Virus record (IMG/VR): IMGVR_UViG_3300032007_000061
Location: 15,881-79,880 of that record
DNA: 64,000 nucleotides
Strand: one strand, 5' to 3'
Source of the DNA: a virus
Lineage: Duplodnaviria; Caudoviricetes
Shown here: positions 26,038-35,672 of the stretch, piece after piece
Numbering within the stretch: position 1 is the first letter of the stretch
Layout: each line of letters starts with the position of its first letter
The notes under the pieces: generated by a model
What the model saw: the letters and a program-made list of their open reading frames with translations, nothing else
What the model was told of the DNA's origin: nothing
Database searches by the model: none
Program-made: the position numbers and the translations under genes

Positions 26038-26589
26038 TTAACGATTTTCTGGGTCGCTCAGATACTCAACACACTGCTTGACCAGTTCATCGTCTGATTT
26101 CTCGTCAGCTTCATCACAATCGTCATCCCAATTATCATCGAACCAATACTCAGCGTCATCGGGGTCGATGTCTGGAAGCTGCTTGATTACCTGCTCCTTG
26201 AAATAGTTCAGGTGCTGTTCGCGGAAATCATTGCTCACTTCATCCTCGTCAATCTCATTGCACCAGCAGCTGTCATTCTCAAAGATGCTATTGAGATAAT
26301 AGTCCTCAGTATCTTTTACAGCATCGTATGATGACATAGATTCAAGATTCGCATAGCCATTGAACTTGATATAATCATCATTCCAGTTTTGGATATTGCC
26401 GAAGTAAACGGCTCTTGCAACTTCAATTGCCTTGGACTCAGAGAAGAATGTCTCAAAGAACTCTTCGTCAAACGAGAAGATTTCCTCATCAGGATTGTGT
26501 TCCCGACAATACTCATTACGAATTGAGATTTTGGTGCCGTCATCCAGCTCATCCCAATACTCTTTCCAAATTTCAAACTTAGTTTTCAT
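26038..26589 (-). CDS. Highly acidic protein (DNA-mimic candidate)
   Basis: Dense D/E with aromatic residues, e.g. DDAEYWFDDNWDDDCDEADE. Confidence 0.7.
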   Translation of the reverse strand: MKTKFEIWKEYWDELDDGTKISIRNEYCREHNPDEEIFSFDEEFFETFFSESKAIEVARAVYFGNIQNWNDDYIKFNGYANLESMSSYDAVKDTEDYYLNSIFENDSCWCNEIDEDEVSNDFREQHLNYFKEQVIKQLPDIDPDDAEYWFDDNWDDDCDEADEKSDDELVKQCVEYLSDPENR

Positions 26590-26607
26590 AACCTGTAGCA
26601 TTTAGAG

Positions 26608-27195
26608 TTACAAATCGTAGGTATCACGCAGCCAATTGTCAAGGTCGTAAGGGTCAATGAAGAAGTTCTTCCATGCTTCCAGACTTTCCTTGCAAGCATT
26701 ATAGATTTTGATGCACTCAGACACATTTTCATAGCCAAACTCACTCTGGAAGTCATCTATGCTCTGGTTGGCAGATATACAATCAGAAATGAACATTTCG
26801 AAAGCCTCGATGCAGTTCTTTTCCGTCATACTGTCAACATCATTGCGGTAGTCCATAACGCTGCCCCAATAATCGAAAGTATGCGAATTGCAACCAATCT
26901 CAAACTTTACAAGGAAATGCGGATGCTTGTCGCTCTTTTTCTTTTCCCAATCTGGCAATCCATAGCCAACAAATCGACTTGATAGCTTGATTTCGTAATC
27001 TTTGTAATGCAGTGTAGTAATGGGGTCAAGACTTGCCCCGTTATTCTCTTTGCCCTTGTTAATGAGCCAATCCTGTTCGATGAAGTAGCACTCATTCTCA
27101 GGAGAGTAACAAGCGTGCTCATCAAAATCGTCGTACTGCTGGTATTCCTGATATTCAGGCCACCCAAGCTTCAAATAAAGACTTGCCATAATCAT
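26608..27195 (-). CDS. Hypothetical protein
   Basis: Operon packing; acidic. Confidence 0.75.
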   Translation of the reverse strand: MIMASLYLKLGWPEYQEYQQYDDFDEHACYSPENECYFIEQDWLINKGKENNGASLDPITTLHYKDYEIKLSSRFVGYGLPDWEKKKSDKHPHFLVKFEIGCNSHTFDYWGSVMDYRNDVDSMTEKNCIEAFEMFISDCISANQSIDDFQSEFGYENVSECIKIYNACKESLEAWKNFFIDPYDLDNWLRDTYDL

Positions 27196-27836
27196 TAACT
27201 ATAAAGTGTCACAACTCTTCCGTCACTCAGTTCAACGGCATAATCGCCGTCCAAACACATTCTGCCGAATTTCTCGTAGTCGAAGCAGCTCTCCAGTGTG
27301 TCCTTAAACTGACCATCATGGCCACTGAAAACACCTAACTCAAAAGCCTCTTCTTCTCCGAAATCTTCAACACTATCGTATATAGCACTGATGGCGCCAA
27401 AATCGTGATAATCGGTATAATTGAAAATTTCGTCAATGTCATCGTCATCAAGATTATACCTGCCACCGATACGGTCTCGCTCATCCTGCATGATTTCGAC
27501 TTCAACATCACAGCCCTGGATGGAATCAATCAGGTTGTTCCACTCATTCATCAAAGCCTCGCCAACCTTGTAGCGATCATCATCAACCTTGATGCCATAA
27601 CCAAGACCATTCAAGCTTCTGTCAATCTCTTGCGCTCTGGCCCATTGTTCAGCAGTGAATCCAGTAGTAATATCGTCATAGGCAATATCCCTGATAGGAT
27701 GGCCGCCACTCCATGCAGCGCCACAATTGTGAATACTGCTGAAATAATGGCCGCACTGGAACTCAACGTGCTCTGTGTAGATGCAGTTGCGTTCATCGTC
27801 ATTGTTCAAACGACCTAAAAATAGTTTTCTTCCCAT
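27195..27836 (-). CDS. ArdA-like antirestriction protein
   Basis: Acidic C-term YDSVEDFGEEE..LESCFDYEKFGRMCLDGDY resembles the ArdA YFDYEAYGRDL motif. Confidence 0.55.
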   Translation of the reverse strand: MGRKLFLGRLNNDDERNCIYTEHVEFQCGHYFSSIHNCGAAWSGGHPIRDIAYDDITTGFTAEQWARAQEIDRSLNGLGYGIKVDDDRYKVGEALMNEWNNLIDSIQGCDVEVEIMQDERDRIGGRYNLDDDDIDEIFNYTDYHDFGAISAIYDSVEDFGEEEAFELGVFSGHDGQFKDTLESCFDYEKFGRMCLDGDYAVELSDGRVVTLYS

Positions 27837-27971
27837 AGTTGTAAGAATTAATAGTAAATCTCAGGAATCGTGTCATTCTCAGCTTCCGTAGTGCCGACAT
27901 TGGCAGTGTAGCCTAAGTCGTAGTCCTCTGGAAGTTGGCGATGGTGTTGTTTCTTGTCGTTCTGTGTCATA

Positions 27972-28301
27972 TCAGATATAATTAGCGTAAATGTCAACGT
28001 CATATACATCACAGGCCAGCAATGGCGGTTCTCCACGATGAGGCAGCGCATTTGGGTTTCTCGGTCCAAATGCAGGGCAATTCGTGAAGTAAGGCTCCGC
28101 ATCCTCGCCATCCGTAAAGTCGTAAGTGAGACCAGTAAACCGCTTCTTAGGATGCTTATCCTTGGCATACTGGATGATTTTCAGCTCCCAATCCTGCATG
28201 GTCTTAACCTCTTCCTCTGTGAGGTTATCGCCAATGTCTCCATTCCAGAAGTAGCAAATTGCCCACTCAGGAATCTTCTCGGTTGTCAGTTTCTCAATCA
28301 T
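27972..28301 (-). CDS. Hypothetical protein
   Basis: KIPEWAICYFWNGD..LTEEE; upstream hairpin at 28325-28356. Confidence 0.75.
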   Translation of the reverse strand: MIEKLTTEKIPEWAICYFWNGDIGDNLTEEEVKTMQDWELKIIQYAKDKHPKKRFTGLTYDFTDGEDAEPYFTNCPAFGPRNPNALPHRGEPPLLACDVYDVDIYANYI

Positions 28302-28373
28302 AATGCTATCGTTTTATGTAGAAAAGCGATGCCAGCCAGTGATGACCGGCACCGCCACCTACAACTACAGAAA

Positions 28374-28712
28374 CTATTCTTCGGGTTTGTAGTAGAAGCT
28401 GGCATAGACAGACACCTCATCCTGACTTATCTTACAAATCGTCTGACAGTCAGGCTCTCGGTTCATTTCATCCAGCTTACTGATGATGGACTGCTTGGCT
28501 TCTTCCACATTGTCAACATTGCCGTTTGGATAAATCCGTATGGTATGAGAGCCAAATGACCACACCAAAGACACTGGGTGGCTGTTGATGAATCCCATCA
28601 CGCACTTGTTATCCTCAATATATCCAGGTGAATAATCGAACAATGCCTCAAACAAAAAATCCTCCATGATGTCCTTTTGGTTCAGTGGAGCTGGTGTCAA
28701 TTTTTCTTTCAT
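28374..28712 (-). CDS. Hypothetical protein
   Basis: ATGA overlap with the PcfJ-like gene. Confidence 0.7.
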   Translation of the reverse strand: MKEKLTPAPLNQKDIMEDFLFEALFDYSPGYIEDNKCVMGFINSHPVSLVWSFGSHTIRIYPNGNVDNVEEAKQSIISKLDEMNREPDCQTICKISQDEVSVYASFYYKPEE

Positions 28713-30112
28713 GCCGCTTCTTTAAGAGGGTTTTCCTTGTCTTTCTTCTCCTTGGCTTTCTTGGACTGCTCTGCCTTGTAGTCCTTAATGACTTTCTTGA
28801 TCTTGTGCAGATTCTTCTTCACGATGTCAATAACTTCCTGATGTCGCTCCGAATCAGCGTTACAATGGCCATGAACCTGCCGGATAGTGAAAGTACGAAT
28901 ATCAATCTCAATAGTTTCAAGGAACTTGATGGGGTCATGCCAATCACCAGTCCTTGCAGAGAGGATAAGCGAATCTGGGTGTCGCTGCATATTGAAATAC
29001 TCGCAACTATAGACACAATGCTTCATTTCCTTCCACTCTTTGTAGAAGTCAACCACGCTTTCAAGCGGCTGGATATGAATCTCATCGTTGCCTATATCCA
29101 TTCCGAAGAACATCTTGCGAGCATCCTTGTACTGCTTCTCCATCTTCGCAGCTTTCTCCAGACTTTCCATTTCTGAAATGATATCTGTGTACTTGTTGTG
29201 CGTCGTTTTGAGGTCTGCAGGGCAAACATAGAACGGATTGTGCCAGTCCTTACCAAGTCGCAGCAACTGAGGCAGCATATCGAACCACATACCCAAGTCG
29301 TTGTTCTTTGGCTCCATTACTGGCTGGTACTTGTTCTTGATTGCCAGTCGTATAGAATTGAAGTAAATCTCAGGATTGTTCAGACGGCCATCCTTGAAGA
29401 GTGCTTTGAGAATATCCCTACGCTCCATTTTCAGCAGCGTCTCAATCATCGGGTATTTCTGCATATATGGAAGCACATCGGATATGTCATAGCGATCCCA
29501 CTTGCTCCAGTCCACATACTTAAAGCACTGAGGCAAATTTTCAAGCCAGATGCAGTCGAATGGCGTATCAAGAATGTTATAGCCATAGTAGTAATTTCTG
29601 TCTTTTCTCGGACGCTTGATACTCATACCACTCCAGACATTGAACGGGCACCGAACTCTGCTGGGGTACATGGCTTTGCATTTTCCCATCACCACTTCAT
29701 TCGCATCCTTATCGTACCATAGCTGCATCACCTCACTGAACTCATTGTCAACTTTCCCGTCGGCAAACAGATTATGGTCATGCCAGTAATACCGAAGCAC
29801 CAGCCATTCCTCACAAGTCTGGGCATCCACAAAGAATCCGTAGTTATTGTACTTCTTTTTCTTCGTGACCTCAGTTTTCAGCTCATGGTTGCAGTGTGGG
29901 CAAACCACTTTCTCGCTGCCCTGACCGTTCCACTCACCACCGCAAACCGTACATCTGTAGGTTCCAATAATCGCATCTTTCTTCTTCGTAAAGAAAGCTG
30001 GCTGCTCACCACCTATATGATGGATGGCGAATCGTATTGCTGCTCCATCCAATTTTGGAAGCTTGTCGTACAATTCCCAAACACGCTTCTCATTTTTCGT
30101 CGTTGGCTGCAT
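28709..30112 (-). CDS. PcfJ-like protein
   Basis: C-term PLESVVDFYKEWKEMKHCVY..LILSAR..ETIEI..IRQVHGHCN; N-term CxxC zinc motifs. Confidence 0.8.
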   Translation of the reverse strand: MQPTTKNEKRVWELYDKLPKLDGAAIRFAIHHIGGEQPAFFTKKKDAIIGTYRCTVCGGEWNGQGSEKVVCPHCNHELKTEVTKKKKYNNYGFFVDAQTCEEWLVLRYYWHDHNLFADGKVDNEFSEVMQLWYDKDANEVVMGKCKAMYPSRVRCPFNVWSGMSIKRPRKDRNYYYGYNILDTPFDCIWLENLPQCFKYVDWSKWDRYDISDVLPYMQKYPMIETLLKMERRDILKALFKDGRLNNPEIYFNSIRLAIKNKYQPVMEPKNNDLGMWFDMLPQLLRLGKDWHNPFYVCPADLKTTHNKYTDIISEMESLEKAAKMEKQYKDARKMFFGMDIGNDEIHIQPLESVVDFYKEWKEMKHCVYSCEYFNMQRHPDSLILSARTGDWHDPIKFLETIEIDIRTFTIRQVHGHCNADSERHQEVIDIVKKNLHKIKKVIKDYKAEQSKKAKEKKDKENPLKEAA

Positions 30113-30118
30113 AGTTCA

Positions 30119-30469
30119 TCACTTTAACGTATCCCAATATTCCACAATCTCAGGGTTCCTGAGAATTGATTTGTCGATAATGGCCCATCCTGTCTGGTCC
30201 TTACCAAAACAGTCTTTGCCGTAAGAGATTTGCCAGCAATTACAACCGGCATTGCGTACTTCCTCAATAAATTCCTTTCTGACTGGAGAGAACTGCTGCT
30301 TATGATACACATTCAGGTCGTTCCTATCCAAGTCGAACTCTACCACCCTCCCCTTATGGCTCTGTGCATAAGTAGAAGCATAGAAGGGGCTAACAGTCAC
30401 CCATATAGGCTGGTCTGGTGGAGAGCCGAAGTTGTCGTAATGGCAATTGAAGCCCCTATAGACTTTCAT
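30119..30469 (-). CDS. Possible ADP-ribosyltransferase-fold protein
   Basis: N-term KVYRG followed by IWVTVSPFYASTYA, an ART-like R / S-x-S pattern. Confidence 0.4.
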   Translation of the reverse strand: MKVYRGFNCHYDNFGSPPDQPIWVTVSPFYASTYAQSHKGRVVEFDLDRNDLNVYHKQQFSPVRKEFIEEVRNAGCNCWQISYGKDCFGKDQTGWAIIDKSILRNPEIVEYWDTLK

Positions 30470-30471
30470 AA

Positions 30472-30981
30472 TCAGAACATATTGAAGTCAAACGATGACA
30501 TATCAGGCACGTCAATCTGAACCTGCTTGGTCACTTGCTTGACGGCTTCCTTAGATACCTTGTCGATTGCCAAGTCATCCTCATCCCAATAGTGAATGGC
30601 GTAATTGATAACTGGACTCTTGTCAAGGTCTGCATCCATTCCGCAGCAGATAGCCATGCGCCCTTGTCCTTTGACCTCAAAGGCTTTCTTAGCCATCTGA
30701 GTGATGATATAGGCACAGCACCGCTCAATGGACTTCTTGGGCTTCTTGTAGGTCTGTGCGAAAACCTCGTCATTGGTAGCTTTCTTATCCAGGTATGCCT
30801 TGATAAACTTCTCGAAAGGATTGGGTCCTTTCGGCTTGTCATCAGCTTTGGCAGCTTTCGGTGCAGCCTTTGTCTTTGGTTTCTCACTGGCAGGCTTTGG
30901 TGCTGTCTGCTGCTGTGTCTCTTCCTGTGTCAATCCCTCAACATTAAAGTCGGGAACCACAATGTCTTGTTTCTTTGCCAT
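30472..30981 (-). CDS. PcfK-like protein (family includes the AcrIIA9-like annotation)
   Basis: FEKFIKAYLDKKA..FAQTYKKPKKSIERCCAYI..AIHYWDEDD; adjacent to PcfJ. Confidence 0.7.
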   Translation of the reverse strand: MAKKQDIVVPDFNVEGLTQEETQQQTAPKPASEKPKTKAAPKAAKADDKPKGPNPFEKFIKAYLDKKATNDEVFAQTYKKPKKSIERCCAYIITQMAKKAFEVKGQGRMAICCGMDADLDKSPVINYAIHYWDEDDLAIDKVSKEAVKQVTKQVQIDVPDMSSFDFNMF

Positions 30982-31002
30982 AGTTGTAAGTGGGTTAAAT
31001 TG

Positions 31003-31368
31003 TTATTTGTCCTGCCAGAGTTCAGCACGCTTCAACTCCAGCATGGTCCGCTTGTAGTTACGCTCTTCGTATGGAGCGTCATCAGGGTAATATTTCGCAC
31101 TGGCAATCCATTCATCGTAGCACTTTTTGCAGAACACACGATTGAGAACCGCCACATAGTAACAAGTGTCGGATGGAAGAATACCGTCATTGCAGTCATC
31201 ACACACCAGACAGCCACCGCCACCGATGCTTATCTCTGCAAATCCTGCCAGTACGCCATCAGTATGTTGGCTTGTGGTGATTTCTCCACCGCCACCAAAA
31301 CCTATCTCCAGAAACTCATTTCCCTTTGCCTCGATCACAAGGAAAATGCTGTCAACTTTCTTTGCCAT
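31003..31368 (-). CDS. Zinc-binding hypothetical protein
   Basis: VCDDCN..YYVAVLNRVFCKKC. Confidence 0.75.
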   Translation of the reverse strand: MAKKVDSIFLVIEAKGNEFLEIGFGGGGEITTSQHTDGVLAGFAEISIGGGGCLVCDDCNDGILPSDTCYYVAVLNRVFCKKCYDEWIASAKYYPDDAPYEERNYKRTMLELKRAELWQDK

Positions 31369-31660
31369 TTTGTTCTTCTTTAAGTTTTTTGATTGTCACT
31401 TTCAACCATGCCTTAATCTTGTCAACATCACCATAAAGTACAGCGTATGACATAAGGCCGTCGTTATTGAAGCACAACATCACTCCAGGACCAACATCTA
31501 TAATCCGTCCGCTGTCAAACAATGTGCAGTGGTCGCTTGATTCCATGTGGTGCAGCAAATGATGCTTGTATTTGAGAGCCATAAGAGCGTCATGGTTCTT
31601 CTGTTTCAGTTTGACGGTGCCGTTGTTCAGTCCATCAACATTGTATTCACTCAGTATCAT
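31352..31660 (-). CDS. Hypothetical protein
   Basis: Operon packing. Confidence 0.65.
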   Translation of the reverse strand: MILSEYNVDGLNNGTVKLKQKNHDALMALKYKHHLLHHMESSDHCTLFDSGRIIDVGPGVMLCFNNDGLMSYAVLYGDVDKIKAWLKVTIKKLKEEQNGKES

Positions 31661-31661
31661 A

Positions 31662-32033
31662 TCACTTTGTTTTTGCTAACAGACGTTCACGTTCATACTT
31701 GCAGTTCTTGTCGTAGAACAAATCATGGACGGCCTCATATACCGTATCGAAAGAAGCGTTCAGCACACCATCGTTGAGATTCGTGCAGATGGTATTTCCC
31801 CATTCATCATCAACCTCGATACCAAGATAGTCTGTACCGATGTCATGTTTCAGCTTCTCAATCTCCGCTTCAAACATTGGACCCATATCAGATATGCAGG
31901 CATAGCCACCATTCAGCCCCAAGTCCTTGAAGTTGATTTCAGTGACCATGTGAGCGTCCATTATCTTGCAAATGGCCTCAATCATCTGCTTATGAATCTT
32001 CTCCTTTTTCTTATAGAAATCAATGTGTCTCAT
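31662..32033 (-). CDS. Hypothetical protein
   Basis: ATGA overlap. Confidence 0.7.
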   Translation of the reverse strand: MRHIDFYKKKEKIHKQMIEAICKIMDAHMVTEINFKDLGLNGGYACISDMGPMFEAEIEKLKHDIGTDYLGIEVDDEWGNTICTNLNDGVLNASFDTVYEAVHDLFYDKNCKYERERLLAKTK

Positions 32034-32296
32034 GTCAACGATTCTCTAAGATATTCTCGTATCTCATCATCAGTCGGCTCACCAGCTAAGAAGCCTGAGT
32101 CGCAATAGTAGTAGATGCCATTGTCAATTTCAACTGCTTCCGGCACATTATCGTTGTAGTCATCCTCAATGGCTGCCCACAACTCATAGTCAGCAACACG
32201 AACATTCTCAGCTTGTCCGTGATACTCTACGTTCATCAGGTGAACCCACCTTGTGACGTATTCTTTGCCATTGTAAACAATAGGGTCAACGGTCAT
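32030..32296 (-). CDS. Small acidic protein
   Basis: Operon packing. Confidence 0.7.
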   Translation of the reverse strand: MTVDPIVYNGKEYVTRWVHLMNVEYHGQAENVRVADYELWAAIEDDYNDNVPEAVEIDNGIYYYCDSGFLAGEPTDDEIREYLRESLT

Positions 32297-32439
32297 AGCT
32301 TAGTCCTCCCAATTAGCAGCTACAAACGGGTCGGTTGTTATTGTTTCACCCTGGGATTCCAGATGTCTCGCCTCGTCCTCAGTAACCTCGACTGAAACGT
32401 GATCTTTTGTCAGGTGCCAGTAGCTCATAGTCGTATTTT

Positions 32440-33618
32440 TTAGTCACAATACCAAGTTGTTCCGCAATCCTTACATCTGAGGTCGCCCCATCCAACAGAG
32501 ACTATATGACGATGGCGGCTCATGTTCATGTCGCCGCAAGTACATTTGCCACTGCGATATGTCTTATTGTATTCGTCTTCACGCTTCTGATGATAGACAA
32601 GTTCGCCGTTGGGTTCAACCTTGCAATCAGGCTCTTGAAAACTGAACTCTGGAGTGTCAACCTTATAATCGCTATATGCTCCAAAAACACGCTCATAACT
32701 GTAGGTCTCCTGCTTTGAAATTCTCAGGTTCTCACGATTAAACTGGATGGATGTGTCAAGTTCCATATCCTCAGTAAAGCCAGAGCCTTCCCACATATTG
32801 ATGATTGCAACCATGAACGTTCCCTTGAATCTTATCGACTTGTAATCATACTTGCCATCAGTGCCATACTTACAGCCATTCTCATCGCCACTCACCAAAT
32901 CCCATATCGGACAGTTAAAGTAGATTCTGAGATTGCCGCCACCAGAGGCATTTGCCAGCAACTCATACAAAGTGTCCCTTGTTTTCTTGTCCTTGATATT
33001 CAGGCCAAGCGCCTTGCAGATTCGCTTGATAGCTTCACCATACACCTTGCTATCCCAGCACCATGTCTCATCGAACCACTCGTTAAGGTCGTAGAACATT
33101 CCTGGGTTATCGGTTTTATCCATCAGTTCTTTGCAGACATCGCCAGAGTCATCATGTTCCCAAAGATACTCACGAAAGCACTCCTTGCAATCATCTTCAT
33201 CTTCGATGAACTGTCTAACAGCTTCGATGTGGTCTGCTTCTGCACCATAATGGTCATCAAGAGCCTCATACATATCGTCAAGCTCGTCAAGCACATTTTT
33301 CTGGAAAGCTTCCCAATACTCATTCTCATTATACCACCGTTCCTCCATGTAACTTTCGTCAATGAAGTTTTCAAGGTCAAGGAAGTCGTTTTTCTCAACT
33401 GCTTCTGCCACCTGCTTCATACAATACTCCAAGTCATCACGATAATCAATGTAAGTAAGCTGGGGTCTGTACGGCAAATGCTTCTTGAAGTGTTCCTCGA
33501 TATATGCCCAATCAATTTCTTTCTGAATGGGCAGTGTCTTAGTTTCCATGGCCAGATTAGCCACATGGTTGGCCGATGTAGAAGTCAGGCCGTTCTCTGA
33601 GAAAAATACGTTGTTCAT
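32440..33618 (-). CDS. Large acidic hypothetical protein with a C-terminal zinc finger
   Basis: 392 aa; CTCG..CKDCG at the C-terminus. Confidence 0.8.
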   Translation of the reverse strand: MNNVFFSENGLTSTSANHVANLAMETKTLPIQKEIDWAYIEEHFKKHLPYRPQLTYIDYRDDLEYCMKQVAEAVEKNDFLDLENFIDESYMEERWYNENEYWEAFQKNVLDELDDMYEALDDHYGAEADHIEAVRQFIEDEDDCKECFREYLWEHDDSGDVCKELMDKTDNPGMFYDLNEWFDETWCWDSKVYGEAIKRICKALGLNIKDKKTRDTLYELLANASGGGNLRIYFNCPIWDLVSGDENGCKYGTDGKYDYKSIRFKGTFMVAIINMWEGSGFTEDMELDTSIQFNRENLRISKQETYSYERVFGAYSDYKVDTPEFSFQEPDCKVEPNGELVYHQKREDEYNKTYRSGKCTCGDMNMSRHRHIVSVGWGDLRCKDCGTTWYCD

Positions 33619-33641
33619 AACGAATCAAATTATGGGTTAGT

Positions 33642-33674
33642 AAAAATGCCCGCCAACCGATTTGACTGACGGGC
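33642..33674 (-). terminator. Intrinsic terminator
   Basis: GCCCGTCA/TGGCGGGC stem with a T tail on the minus strand. Confidence 0.7.
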
Positions 33675-33705
33675 CTGTTAATGGGTTAGAATGTGAGAGA
33701 ATGGG

Positions 33706-34071
33706 TTATGAAATAGCTTTCGCCCAATGCTTGCGGCGACGCTTGTTCTGCTTGTCCTTTCCAGTACGCATGAGATATTCTCCATACTCCTTTGGACTCA
33801 TGCCATAGTTAGAACCAAGCAGCCCCCCCCCCCCTCCAAAGGGAACATAGGGGTTCATAATTCCATTACTGCGAACAGTCTGGTTGGTCATGCGCTGTGC
33901 CTGCTGCTGGGTGGAGCGGACGGTGCGCTGCTGATTTGCCTGCTGCTGAACAACTGTTGCGCTGTTCTGTGCAGTCTGTTCGATTACTTGCTGTGCGGCT
34001 GGTGTAGATACCATACCAAGGCCAGCGACCATTACACCGGCCATCGTTGCTAACATTGATTTCTTTTTCAT
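33706..34071 (-). CDS. Small Q-rich protein with a signal-like N-terminus and an internal G12 tract
   Basis: MKKKSMLATMAGVMVAGLGMVSTPAA; own GACTATAAT motif (34105-34113) and own terminator. Confidence 0.65.
   Translation of the reverse strand: MKKKSMLATMAGVMVAGLGMVSTPAAQQVIEQTAQNSATVVQQQANQQRTVRSTQQQAQRMTNQTVRSNGIMNPYVPFGGGGGLLGSNYGMSPKEYGEYLMRTGKDKQNKRRRKHWAKAIS
33823..33834. repeat. C12/G12 homopolymer within a CDS
   Basis: 12 consecutive C on the plus strand, encoding GGGG. Confidence 0.9.
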
Positions 34072-34158
34072 AACCCTTGAAAATTTTAAGTTACACTCTG
34101 TTTTATTATAGTCAAAAATTGATGTTGAAGTTTTACGTTTCTGCCACTTTAACTTTCG

Positions 34159-34842
34159 TTATGTGTGAGTATGCCATTTGCCATCGTAATACAAGAGGCC
34201 GCCATTGAGACTGCATTTCTCTTCACCAGTCCTGCTATCAGTATAGATAAAGGCGAAAGTGAATGAGTGCTGCGAGAAGTCCTTTCCGATGACGCATTTG
34301 TGTGTTGAATTAATTTTCCGATAGTGCTTGAAGCGTTTCAGAGTATCAACCAGTGTGGTTGTGCCTATTTCCCTGGCATATTTCAGCTGGTCTTTCAGGT
34401 AAGCGAATGAACATGAAAGCTCCAATGGAATCGTGAAGTCGCTGGGCAAAGCACACAATCCGTTCTGCAACTGCCAGCTATACAACGACCATGAACGCAC
34501 GGCTTCCCACAAGTGCTTGGCCTCTTCAATCGTTATCTTCGTCATCTGATCGCCATCGTAATAGAACACAAGGTCATCTTTACTGAGAGAATTGACGCAA
34601 GCATCTGGAGTTGTGTTGCGCTGCAGGACCGCATAAAGCCCTTCCTCATTCAGGTCAACGATGTCACTCAGATACTGCTCGCCTATCTTTGCCAAATGGG
34701 TATGGCTGGGAGCCACAAACCACAGGAACCTTTCATCGTAGTTTTCGAGTGCTTCCATATCATACTTATAGAAGTCGCTCTGGAAGTTGGTCATCACGTC
34801 TCGCACCACTTCCGTCATTTGTTTGATAATACGCTCTTTCAT
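34159..34842 (-). CDS. Hypothetical protein
   Basis: 227-aa ORF; C-term NGGLLYYDGKWHTHT. Confidence 0.8.
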   Translation of the reverse strand: MKERIIKQMTEVVRDVMTNFQSDFYKYDMEALENYDERFLWFVAPSHTHLAKIGEQYLSDIVDLNEEGLYAVLQRNTTPDACVNSLSKDDLVFYYDGDQMTKITIEEAKHLWEAVRSWSLYSWQLQNGLCALPSDFTIPLELSCSFAYLKDQLKYAREIGTTTLVDTLKRFKHYRKINSTHKCVIGKDFSQHSFTFAFIYTDSRTGEEKCSLNGGLLYYDGKWHTHT

Positions 34843-35007
34843 TGTCGTAGTCTTTTGGGTTAATAAGTAAATGGCCTTAGTGAGCCATCACAGCGGCTGT
34901 ATCTGTGAGTTCTTCGATGTTCACGGTCCGTATGCTGTCAGATGCAGCAAGTAGAACATTACCGGCTTCTCACTAAGGTCATGTTAGGTGCTGGGATTTA
35001 TCGTGCG

Positions 35008-35424
35008 TCAATATTCACAATTCGTCAACTTGTTATACTTGTAAAGCGCTCTCTCGTATATCACAAGAGGCTCGTCAAAAGAGTCGCTCAGGCATCCGTC
35101 GCAGTCCATCTGGTTAATGGCGCTGATAAGCACTTCAAGGCTCGGAACCCTGTAATTAAGGATGATTCGCTTGTTCTCGTCACTTACGAAATGCTCCCAG
35201 ACATAGCTTCCGTTGCTTGCATCGATGCAGAGATTGAGTGCTGCATCATAGAGACCAGCCCTCACTATTTCGTACTCATCCACGTCGATGAACTGCCAAC
35301 CGTGAGACTGTTTCTCTACAATCTGAGGTGCTGGGCTGACTTTATGGAAACCTGCGTAAATCAACGTGCAGATTCCTACAAGGCACAATGCGATGATTGC
35401 GGCTTTTGCTATCGTATGTTTCAT
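35008..35424 (-). CDS. Membrane-anchored hypothetical protein
   Basis: N-terminal hydrophobic helix. Confidence 0.7.
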   Translation of the reverse strand: MKHTIAKAAIIALCLVGICTLIYAGFHKVSPAPQIVEKQSHGWQFIDVDEYEIVRAGLYDAALNLCIDASNGSYVWEHFVSDENKRIILNYRVPSLEVLISAINQMDCDGCLSDSFDEPLVIYERALYKYNKLTNCEY

Positions 35425-35435
35425 TGTCTCTCCTG

Positions 35436-35672
35436 TTAGAATTTCGTTACACTAAGTCCTTTCTTCGTCATAGACATACTGAACCCTGCATCATGCAGCT
35501 CGCTCAATACGGCGCCATTTGATTCCAGAATCAAGATGTCATAGACACGAGAATAGTTATCGTTGATTGGAACATTGAAAGCCACAACACAGCTATTCGA
35601 CTGCTTGATAATCTCGATCGCCTGATTAAAGGCATCCTCGGACATAAGTCCGTTGTTCTTTTCCTTGGTCAT
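35436..35672 (-). CDS. Hypothetical protein
   Basis: Operon packing. Confidence 0.7.
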   Translation of the reverse strand: MTKEKNNGLMSEDAFNQAIEIIKQSNSCVVAFNVPINDNYSRVYDILILESNGAVLSELHDAGFSMSMTKKGLSVTKF

